From: Alphaproteobacteria bacterium TMED62
Lineage (GTDB): Bacteria > Pseudomonadota > Alphaproteobacteria > TMED109
NCBI GenBank assembly: GCA_002170595.1
Contig: NHDP01000016.1
Span: 5,207 to 69,206 of the forward strand
Direction of reading: 5' to 3'
Length of the DNA: 64,000 nt
Below the pieces are notes generated by a model. That model saw only the letters and a program-made list of their open reading frames with translations, had not been told where the DNA came from and searched no databases. The translations under genes and the position numbers were made by a program. This document shows, one piece after another, positions 19,929 through 28,054 of this stretch. Positions within the stretch are counted from its first letter, which is position 1. Each line of letters starts with the position of its first letter.

Positions 19929-22214
19929 TTGAAATTTGGTTTAGGGCAATCTTTAAAAAGAGTTGAGGATAATAAATTTTTAACAGGAAACGCAACTTAT
20001 ACAGACGATATAAATTTCCAAGATCAAGTCTACATGCATATTATTAGATCACCTTACGCATTTGCAAGAATTGTGAAAGTAAATTATAAAAAAGCTGAAA
20101 AACATGATGGGATATTGTCTATAATAAGTAATAACACAATAAATAGTATGAAAATTAACCCTATGTATCCTGGATTCCAAGTAAAAAATAAAGATGGGAC
20201 AGATATGGTAAGTACTTTCAGAAATATTCTTGCTGATAAAAAAGTTAGATATGTAGGTGAACCTGTATTAGCTATTATTGGTAAAACTATTGACATAGCT
20301 GAAGAAGTTGCTGACCTTATTGACATAGAATATGAAGAAATGATTAGCACTACAAATTTAATTAATGCTGTTAAAAAAGATGCTCCTTTAGTTAGGGATG
20401 AACTATCAAGTAATATTTGCTTTGATTGGGAATTAGGTGATCAAGAAAATACTGACCTAGCTTTACATAATTCTGATCATATAACCACAATAGAGTTAAC
20501 AAATAACAGACTTGTACCTAATCCAATGGAATGTAGAAGTACCATTGGACAGTATAATTTAGAGTCAGATACCTATAGTTTATATTGTTCTAGTCAAGGA
20601 GTTCATAGCTTAAAGAGAAAATTAGCTTCAATAATTAACATTAAGGAAAATAAAATTAATGTTTTTACTCCAGATGTAGGTGGCGGGTTTGGTATGAAAA
20701 TATTTAATTATCCTGAGTACGTATTAACTTTAGCGGCAGCAAAAATAACTAAAAAAACTGTTAAATGGAGAGCAAAAAGAAGTGAGAGTTTTTTATCTGA
20801 TATTCATGGAAGAGACCACATCAGTAAAGCAAAACTAGGATTTGATAAAGATCATAAAATAACTGCTTTAAAAGTTGAAACATACGCAAATATGGGAGCT
20901 TATATTTCTGATTTTGGAGTTTTTATTCCTACTTATGCAGGTACAGCAATGTTAACGGGATGTTATAAGATTTCTAATGCCTATGCAAATGTTAAAGGTG
21001 TTTTTACAAATACAAATCCTGTTGATGCTTATAGAGGAGCAGGAAGACCTGAAGCTGCTTATTTAATAGAAAGACTAATAGATAAATCTGCTAGGGAGTT
21101 AAAAGTTAGCTCTATAGAATTAAGAAATATCAATTTAATTGAAGAAATTGATATGCCTTATAAAACAGCTCTAGGTCATATTTATGATAGTGGAGATTTT
21201 AAAAAAAACCTTTCTAATTGCTTAGAAATGTCAGGTTATGAAACTTTTCATGAAAGAAAAAAAATATCTCAAGAAAAAGATAAGTGCAGAGGAATTGGAA
21301 TTTCAACTTATATTGAAGCATGTGGAGGTGGAGGCCCTGAGTATAGCTCTGTAAGAATTGGTGGTAATGGAAATGTTGAAGTGAAAATAGGAACTCAATC
21401 TAATGGACAAGGACACGCAACATCATATGCACAAATTGTATCAGAGGTATTACAGATTGATATAAATGAAATTAGTTTAATTCAAGGAAATAGTATAGAA
21501 ATAAAAAATGGCTCTGGTACTGGTGGATCAAGGTCCATGCCAGTAGGAGGAAATGCTTTATATCTAGCTTCTAATAAACTTTTAAATAATGCAAAGCTAA
21601 GCCTTGCAAAATACTTCAAAGCAAAACCAGTTGAGATATCATATAAAGAAGGTTTCTTTGAATTTAAAAATAAATATATATCTTTCTCTGATTTAACTAA
21701 ATTGATTGATTCAGATAAGTTTTTAAATGTTGATGCAGAATGGGCACCAGAATCAGGAATTTATACTTTTCCAAATGGAACTCATGTTTGTGAGTTAGAA
21801 ATTGAAAAATATACAGGAAAGATAGATATTTTAAATTATACGGTAGTAGATGATTTTGGAAGGGTAATAAACCCCTTATTACTTGAAGGACAAGTCCATG
21901 GAGGTATTGTACAAGGAATTGGTCAAGCATTGTTAGAAGAAACTATATATGATATTGAAACAGGGCAGTTATTGAGTGGTTCTTTTATGGATTATGCAAT
22001 ACCAAGAGCAAGTGATATTCCATTCATAAAATTTGCCTACAATGAAATTCTTTGTACTACTAACCCATTAGGTATAAAAGGTGCAGGAGAAGCAGGAGCT
22101 ATCGGAGCTCCCCCAGCGGTGATCAATGCTATATGCAATGCTTTAGACATAAGTCATATCGATATGCCAGCTAAACCTGAGAAAGTATGGAAAATTTTAT
22201 CTTCACAGATCTAA
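19929..22214 (+). CDS. Molybdopterin-binding large subunit of the xanthine dehydrogenase / CO dehydrogenase family (form-II CoxL-like)
   Basis: Active-site loop AYRGAGRPEA (form-II type, not the form-I AYxCSFR), GGGFG, and C-terminal GIKGAGEAGAIGAPPAV. TTG start 6 nt after an AGGAG Shine-Dalgarno sequence. Confidence 0.8.
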   Translation: MKFGLGQSLKRVEDNKFLTGNATYTDDINFQDQVYMHIIRSPYAFARIVKVNYKKAEKHDGILSIISNNTINSMKINPMYPGFQVKNKDGTDMVSTFRNILADKKVRYVGEPVLAIIGKTIDIAEEVADLIDIEYEEMISTTNLINAVKKDAPLVRDELSSNICFDWELGDQENTDLALHNSDHITTIELTNNRLVPNPMECRSTIGQYNLESDTYSLYCSSQGVHSLKRKLASIINIKENKINVFTPDVGGGFGMKIFNYPEYVLTLAAAKITKKTVKWRAKRSESFLSDIHGRDHISKAKLGFDKDHKITALKVETYANMGAYISDFGVFIPTYAGTAMLTGCYKISNAYANVKGVFTNTNPVDAYRGAGRPEAAYLIERLIDKSARELKVSSIELRNINLIEEIDMPYKTALGHIYDSGDFKKNLSNCLEMSGYETFHERKKISQEKDKCRGIGISTYIEACGGGGPEYSSVRIGGNGNVEVKIGTQSNGQGHATSYAQIVSEVLQIDINEISLIQGNSIEIKNGSGTGGSRSMPVGGNALYLASNKLLNNAKLSLAKYFKAKPVEISYKEGFFEFKNKYISFSDLTKLIDSDKFLNVDAEWAPESGIYTFPNGTHVCELEIEKYTGKIDILNYTVVDDFGRVINPLLLEGQVHGGIVQGIGQALLEETIYDIETGQLLSGSFMDYAIPRASDIPFIKFAYNEILCTTNPLGIKGAGEAGAIGAPPAVINAICNALDISHIDMPAKPEKVWKILSSQI

Positions 22215-22239
22215 AAATAGTTTACAGAATTGGCTTTGC

Positions 22240-23199
22240 TTAAGCGAATGCTTCTTCCCAAGTGCCAGTTGTCGCTGCTTTAGAATATTCAGTTGCTCTA
22301 TTTTCAAAAAAATTAGTGTGTTCAACTGCATTCAACATTTCGTCCATCCATGGCAACGGATTAATACTTATTTTATAAATAGGTTGTAGCTTGAGTTGAT
22401 TTAAACGAATATCTGCCATATATCTCATATACTTTTTTACTTCTTCAGACCTAAGACCTTCTACAGTTCCTAGCTCAAATGCCCTATCTATAAAAGCGTC
22501 TTCATGCTCAATCATAGTATTACAGGCTATGTAAAGATCTCTTTGTAATTCTTCTATGTTTATATCAGGGTTTTCACTCACAAAAGTATTATAAAGTTTA
22601 ATTATAGATTCTGTATGTAAGCTTTCATCTCTGGCCGACCAAGTTACTATTTGCCCCATACCTTTCATTTTGTTAAATCTAGGAAAATTTAGAAGAATGG
22701 CAAAAGTCGCAAATAATTGCAAACCTTCTGTAAAACCACCAAATATCGCTAATGTTTTAGCAATATTTATCTTTGTTTTTGTATTAAACTTTTGCATATA
22801 ATCATACTTATCTCTCATTTCTTTAATCTCAAGAAAAGCTGAATATTCAACTTCAGGCATACCAATTGTATCTAATAAGTGAGAATAAGCGGCAATATGG
22901 ATAGTTTCCATATTAGAAAAAGCTGATAGCATCATCTGAACTTCAGTAGGTTTAAAGACTTGAGAATAATGTTTCATATAGCAATTGTTAACTTCTATAT
23001 CAGATTGAGTAAAAAATCTAAAGATTTGAGAAAGTAGATTTCTTTCTGGCTTAGTTAACTTTCTATTCCAGTCCGAAACATCATCAGCTAAAGGAACTTC
23101 TTCTGGTATCCAATGTATTCTTTGTTGTTGCAACCAAGCATCATAAGCCCAAGGATATTTAAATGGTTTATAAATTCTTTTTGTATCTAATAATGACAT
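22240..23199 (-). CDS. nrdB: Ribonucleotide reductase class I beta subunit
   Basis: Di-iron and radical site METIHIAAYSH (E, H at +3, Y at +7, as in E. coli E115/H118/Y122), EGLQLFATF, RDESLH. Confidence 0.9.
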   Translation of the reverse strand: MSLLDTKRIYKPFKYPWAYDAWLQQQRIHWIPEEVPLADDVSDWNRKLTKPERNLLSQIFRFFTQSDIEVNNCYMKHYSQVFKPTEVQMMLSAFSNMETIHIAAYSHLLDTIGMPEVEYSAFLEIKEMRDKYDYMQKFNTKTKINIAKTLAIFGGFTEGLQLFATFAILLNFPRFNKMKGMGQIVTWSARDESLHTESIIKLYNTFVSENPDINIEELQRDLYIACNTMIEHEDAFIDRAFELGTVEGLRSEEVKKYMRYMADIRLNQLKLQPIYKISINPLPWMDEMLNAVEHTNFFENRATEYSKAATTGTWEEAFA

Positions 23200-23212
23200 T
23201 TTTCCTCACAAT

Positions 23213-25105
23213 TTATTGACAAGATAAGCATTCATCATAATCAAGTTGATTACCATAAGGTTGCTCATCCTCATTAATTTTTCCTTTTAAAGGAACTTCA
23301 GCAGTTTTTTTATTATGAGAAACTACTTCAGCTCTCTGTATAGATAAAGATCTTAAATAATATAAACTTTTTACGCCCCTTTTCCATGCCAAAAAATGTA
23401 CCATATGTAAATCTCTTTTATTTACATCTGGTTTTAAAAATATATTTAAAGATTGGGCCTGACAAACATAAGGCGTTCTATCACCTGCTAATTCTATTAT
23501 TCTTCTCTGGTCAAGCTCAAAGGCTGTTTTAAAAACTGCTTTTTCTTCTTCATTGAGGCATTCAAGGTGCTGAACAGAACCTTTATTGATAGTTATTGAT
23601 GACCAGATTTCTTCATTATCTTTTCCTTTCTCAGCTAATAAACTCTTTAAATGAGGATTTTTTACATTAAATGAACCTGACAATGTTTTTTGAGTAAAAC
23701 TATTGGCTGCAATAGGTTCAATTCCTGGTGAAGCTCCTCCACAAATAATAGAAATTGAAGCTGTAGGTGCTATAGCTATTTTATTAGAAAACCTCTCATT
23801 TACTCCATATTCTTTAGCATCTGGGCATGCTCCTTTTTCATTAGCTAAAACAACAGATGCCTTGTCTGCTTCTTCTTTAATTTTAGAAAATATTCTTTTG
23901 TTCCAAACTTTTGCCATTACTGAATCAAAGGGAACTCTCTTTTTCTGTAAAAATGAATGAAAACCCATAACTCCTAGCCCTACACTTCTTTCTCTCATTG
24001 CTGAATATCTTGCACTTGCCATGGTATCAGGAGCTCGTATGATAAAATCTTCCATTACGTTATCTAAAAACCTCATTACATCTTCAATAAAGACTTTTTC
24101 ATTATTCCACTCATTGTATTTTTCTATATTAAGTGAAGAAAGGCAACATACAGCTGTTCTTCTATTGCCATCCTTATCAATTCCAGTAGGAAGAGTAATT
24201 TCACTGCATAAGTTAGACATTTTAACTTGTAAACCAGACAATTTTTGGTGGTTTGGAATGGCTTCATTAACTTTATCAATAAAAAGCAGATAAGGCTCTC
24301 CTGTCTCTATTCTGGTAGTTAAAAGTTTAATCCATAAAGATCTGGCTTTAACTGTTTTTTGAATAGACCCATCTTTAGGACTTTTAAGAGACCAGTCTTT
24401 ATCATCTTCTACAGCTCTCATGAATTCGTCTGTAATAACAATTCCATGATGTAGGTTTAAAGCTTTTCTATTAGGGTCTCCACCTGTAGGTCTTCTTAAA
24501 TCTATGAACTCTTCAATCTCAGGATGCCAAATTGGAAGGTAACAGGCGGCAGAACCTCTTCTAAGACTACCTTGACTAATTGCTAAAGTTAAAGAATCCA
24601 TAACTCTAATAAAAGGAACTACTCCTGAAGTTTTTCCAGCTTGGCCAACTTTTTCCCCTATTCCTCTTAAGTTGCCCCAATATGATCCTATACCACCTCC
24701 TTTGGAAGCTAACCAAACATTTTCATTCCACAAATCAACAATACTGTGAAGACTATCGCCAGCCTCATTCAAAAAACATGAAATAGGTAGTCCTCTATTA
24801 GTACCTCCATTAGATAAAATAGGGGTGGACGGCATAAACCAATGTTTTGACATATAGTTATATAATCTCTGTGCATGATCAACATTGTCAGAAAAATAAC
24901 TCGCTACTCTAGCAAACATACCTTGATAATCTTCGTTAGGAAGTAAATACCTATCTTTTAATGTAGATTTCCCAAATTCTGTTAATAATATATCTTTAGT
25001 ACTATCTTTCTGAACCTTTATTCCAGGTTTAATTTGGACAACATTTAAAATATCAGAGTTTTTTCTATTTTGATTGTCAATATTTACGAATTCTTTTAGC
25101 ATCAT
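23213..25105 (-). CDS. nrdA: Ribonucleotide reductase class I alpha subunit (short form with no evident ATP-cone)
   Basis: NLCSEI and AVCCLSS active-site regions, IAPTASIS, C-terminal redox pair ECLSCQ. It lies directly upstream of nrdB. The N-terminus has no VxKRDG-type ATP-cone motif. Confidence 0.9.
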   Translation of the reverse strand: MMLKEFVNIDNQNRKNSDILNVVQIKPGIKVQKDSTKDILLTEFGKSTLKDRYLLPNEDYQGMFARVASYFSDNVDHAQRLYNYMSKHWFMPSTPILSNGGTNRGLPISCFLNEAGDSLHSIVDLWNENVWLASKGGGIGSYWGNLRGIGEKVGQAGKTSGVVPFIRVMDSLTLAISQGSLRRGSAACYLPIWHPEIEEFIDLRRPTGGDPNRKALNLHHGIVITDEFMRAVEDDKDWSLKSPKDGSIQKTVKARSLWIKLLTTRIETGEPYLLFIDKVNEAIPNHQKLSGLQVKMSNLCSEITLPTGIDKDGNRRTAVCCLSSLNIEKYNEWNNEKVFIEDVMRFLDNVMEDFIIRAPDTMASARYSAMRERSVGLGVMGFHSFLQKKRVPFDSVMAKVWNKRIFSKIKEEADKASVVLANEKGACPDAKEYGVNERFSNKIAIAPTASISIICGGASPGIEPIAANSFTQKTLSGSFNVKNPHLKSLLAEKGKDNEEIWSSITINKGSVQHLECLNEEEKAVFKTAFELDQRRIIELAGDRTPYVCQAQSLNIFLKPDVNKRDLHMVHFLAWKRGVKSLYYLRSLSIQRAEVVSHNKKTAEVPLKGKINEDEQPYGNQLDYDECLSCQ

Positions 25106-25117
25106 TTTTACTCTTTG

Positions 25118-25151
25118 TTATCCACAGCTGTTAATAATAATTTGTGGATAA
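25118..25151. promoter_or_regulatory. Two perfect consensus DnaA boxes in inverted orientation (TTATCCACA-N16-TGTGGATAA), 13-46 nt upstream of the nrdA start
   Basis: Read directly: TTATCCACA at 25118-25126 and TGTGGATAA at 25143-25151. It could equally form a 9-bp hairpin in the nrdA leader. Confidence 0.5.
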
Positions 25152-25155
25152 ATCA

Positions 25156-25195
25156 CTATATGTTGTATATTTTTTATATTTATATCTAAATATTG
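25156..25195. promoter_or_regulatory. Two NrdR-box-like sites upstream of nrdA
   Basis: Cores CTATATGTTG (25156-25165) and CTAAATATTG (25186-25195) each match 9/10 of the NrdR-box core CwAtATaTwG. Centres are 30 bp apart. Confidence 0.35.
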
Positions 25196-25333
25196 CGTAT
25201 AAGTTTGATATAGTCAATACAGAAATAAAATTAATTATCATTTTAGAACATAAATAGAACAAATTCAATATTTTTTGAACTTAACTAGGAGTTGTTTTAA
25301 AAAAAAACTTATCCATGTTATATTAATATATAT

Positions 25334-25888
25334 ATGGTAAAATTAGATAAAATTTATACTAGAGGAGGAGATAAAGGTTTCACCTCTATAGTAGGTGGAA
25401 AAAGAGTTAAAAAATCTTCTAATATAATAGAAGCCATTGGCAATATTGATGAACTAAATGCTGTTATAGGTATAATTATAACAAATTTAAAAACTAAACA
25501 TAAAGCAGTCTTAAAAAATATACAGAATGATTTATTTGACATAGGTGCTGATATTGCTACACCAATAAATAAAAAAAAAAATGTAATTAGAATTCAAGCT
25601 CAACAAACTTTATATATTGAGCATGAAATTGACAAAATAAATAAAAACTTAAAACCTCTCAAGTCTTTTATTCTTCCTGGAGGCGATAAAATATCTGCTC
25701 TAGTTCATTTAGCTAGAACCATAAACAGAAGGTGTGAAATTAGTGTTGTAAAACTAAATGAAACTCTTAAAATAAATTTAGAGATTTTAAAATATATTAA
25801 TAGATTGTCTGATTATTTATTTGTTTTAGCAAGACAAACAAATAAAAGAGAAGTATTATGGAAACCATTAAAAAATAATTTAAAGTAA
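25334..25888 (+). CDS. pduO: ATP:cob(I)alamin adenosyltransferase, PduO/MMAB type
   Basis: N-terminal IYTRGGDKGFTS signature. 184 aa, consistent with the helical-bundle family. Confidence 0.8.
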   Translation: MVKLDKIYTRGGDKGFTSIVGGKRVKKSSNIIEAIGNIDELNAVIGIIITNLKTKHKAVLKNIQNDLFDIGADIATPINKKKNVIRIQAQQTLYIEHEIDKINKNLKPLKSFILPGGDKISALVHLARTINRRCEISVVKLNETLKINLEILKYINRLSDYLFVLARQTNKREVLWKPLKNNLK

Positions 25889-25889
25889 T

Positions 25890-27050
25890 ATGCCTATAAA
25901 AAATAGAATATCACAGTTTGAGAATGAAATAACCAAATGGCGTCATTATTTTCATGAAAACCCTGAAATTGCTTATGATGAAAAAAATACCGCTAAAAAA
26001 GTTGTTGAGCTTTTAGAAAGTTTTAAAGTAGATAAAATAGAAACCGGTTTTGGTCAAACTGGCGTGGTTGCTACTATTGAGAATGGTTCTGGTAAAAGTG
26101 TTGGTCTAAGAGCCGATATGGACGCATTACCCATTACAGAGGAAAACATTAATACAAAACATTGCTCAAAAATTAAAGGAAAAATGCATGCATGCGGACA
26201 CGACGGCCACACAGCCATGTTATTAGGTGCAGCAAAATATCTCTCTGAAACTAGAAACTTTAAAGGAAAAGTCGTTTTAATATTTCAACCAGCAGAGGAA
26301 GGTTATGCAGGAGCTAAAGCGATGATAAAAGATGGACTGTTAAGTAAGTATCCCATTGATGCAATATATGGAATGCATAATATGCCTGGTTTAGAAAAAG
26401 GAATTATTGCTGTTGAAGAAGGTCCAAGACTAGCAGCTGCAGATAATTTTGTAGTTAAAATTACAGGTAAAGGATCTCATGCTGCTATGCCATCAAATTC
26501 TATTGACCCTATATTATGTACTTCGTCTTTGATACAAAACTTGCAATCAATAGTATCAAGAAATGTTAACCCAAAAGAAACTCTTGTAATTACAGTAGCA
26601 ACTTTTAATTCAGGAAAGGCAAATAATGTTATTCCTGACGAAGCAACTATTTCTGGAACTATAAGATACTATAATAAACAAGTAGGCTCCCTTGCAAAAG
26701 AAAGATTTAACACAATAGTTACTAATACTTGTAAACTATTTGGTGCTAAGGCAGAAATTAATATCAAAACAGGTTACCCTCCTACTATCAATCATCAAGC
26801 AAATAGTAAGTTTGCATTTGAAGTAGCAAAAAAAGTAGTTGGTATGAAAGCTAGCCCGCAACAGAGTCCAATGATGGGATCTGAAGACTTCTCATATTTT
26901 TTAGAAAAAGTTCCAGGAGCATTTGCTTGGATAGGGAATGGCAATACTGCTCCATTACATAACCCAAAATATGATTTTAATGATAATGTTTTGACTATAG
27001 GTTCTAGCTATCTTTCTAGTTTAGCTGAAGAAACACTTAATGGTAGTTAA
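25890..27050 (+). CDS. M20D-family amidohydrolase (hippurate hydrolase / N-acyl-amino-acid amidohydrolase-like)
   Basis: MHACGHDGH metal site, FQPAEEG, GSEDFSYF. It starts 1 nt after the pduO stop. Confidence 0.8.
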   Translation: MPIKNRISQFENEITKWRHYFHENPEIAYDEKNTAKKVVELLESFKVDKIETGFGQTGVVATIENGSGKSVGLRADMDALPITEENINTKHCSKIKGKMHACGHDGHTAMLLGAAKYLSETRNFKGKVVLIFQPAEEGYAGAKAMIKDGLLSKYPIDAIYGMHNMPGLEKGIIAVEEGPRLAAADNFVVKITGKGSHAAMPSNSIDPILCTSSLIQNLQSIVSRNVNPKETLVITVATFNSGKANNVIPDEATISGTIRYYNKQVGSLAKERFNTIVTNTCKLFGAKAEINIKTGYPPTINHQANSKFAFEVAKKVVGMKASPQQSPMMGSEDFSYFLEKVPGAFAWIGNGNTAPLHNPKYDFNDNVLTIGSSYLSSLAEETLNGS

Positions 27051-27067
27051 TAAAATATTAGAATTTA

Positions 27068-28054
27068 ATGACAAAAAGATTAATCAAGAATGAAATTAGT
27101 AAAAAAGCAGTTGATTTTCTATTAGTTTATTGTGGAAACCTTAAGCCAAATGAAAAGCTTCTAATTATATTTGATGAAACTACACAAAAATTAATCCCTT
27201 TATTTGAAGAGTCTGCATCAAAAATAACAGAATTTATTAAAATAAATCAAATTAAACAACTAAGCCAACATGGTTTAGAACCACCTAAAATTGTATCAAG
27301 AAATATGATAAAATCTGATTTAATAGTAGCTTTAACTAGTAAATCTTTAGCTCATACAAAAGCAAGAAATAATGCCTGCGTTAAAGGCGCAAGATATTTA
27401 AGTCTTGCCGAGTACTCTTTAGATGTTTTAGAAAATGAGGCAATCTTTGGAGTTAAAAAAAATAAATTAAATTTGCTAACAAAGATGGAAACCATATTAA
27501 ATAAAGGAAAGATAGTACAAGTAAAAACTAGCCTAGGTACTAGTCTAGAATTAAATATTGATAAAAGGCTCGCTAATAACTGTCCTGGTTTTGTTGAGAA
27601 ACCTGGACAATTGGGATCACCTCCAGATATGGAAGTTAATATTAGTCCAATTGAAGATTACAGTTTTGGTAGTTTAATAGTAGATGGATCAATAACTCAT
27701 CCTGAATTAGGACTTCTTCAAAATCCTGTCTCTTTAAAAATTCTCAAAGGTAAAATATATAAAATATCTGGTCAGGAAGAAGCAAAAAAATTACGAAAAA
27801 TATTTGAAAAACTAAACAATCCTAAAACTTTAGTTTTAGCTGAACTAGGTATTGGTTTTAATGAAAAAGCAAAGCTGTGTGGAAATATGCTAATAGATGA
27901 AGGAGCAGCAAATTGTGTACATTTTGGATTTGGTTCAAACTCCACAGTAGGTGGAAAAAATGAAGTTTCTTTTCATTTAGATTTTATTGTCAAAAATGCT
28001 GATGTATTTTTAGACAGTAAACTTATAATTAAAAAAGGAAAACCTTTAATATGA
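27068..28054 (+). CDS. M29 / aminopeptidase-T-like (NicX-like) protein
   Basis: C-terminal LAELGIGFNEKAKLCGNMLIDEGAANCVHFGFG resembles the conserved M29 segment (GIG.N....L.DEK..G..H.A.G). The call is tentative. Confidence 0.45.
   Translation: MTKRLIKNEISKKAVDFLLVYCGNLKPNEKLLIIFDETTQKLIPLFEESASKITEFIKINQIKQLSQHGLEPPKIVSRNMIKSDLIVALTSKSLAHTKARNNACVKGARYLSLAEYSLDVLENEAIFGVKKNKLNLLTKMETILNKGKIVQVKTSLGTSLELNIDKRLANNCPGFVEKPGQLGSPPDMEVNISPIEDYSFGSLIVDGSITHPELGLLQNPVSLKILKGKIYKISGQEEAKKLRKIFEKLNNPKTLVLAELGIGFNEKAKLCGNMLIDEGAANCVHFGFGSNSTVGGKNEVSFHLDFIVKNADVFLDSKLIIKKGKPLI

Noticed and set aside
25118-25151. The DnaA-box pair considered as part of the chromosomal replication origin.
   Set aside because: There are only two boxes. 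There is no cluster of additional boxes, no distinct AT-rich unwinding element beyond the genome background, and none of the usual alphaproteobacterial origin-flanking genes. The location in the nrdA leader fits transcriptional control better.
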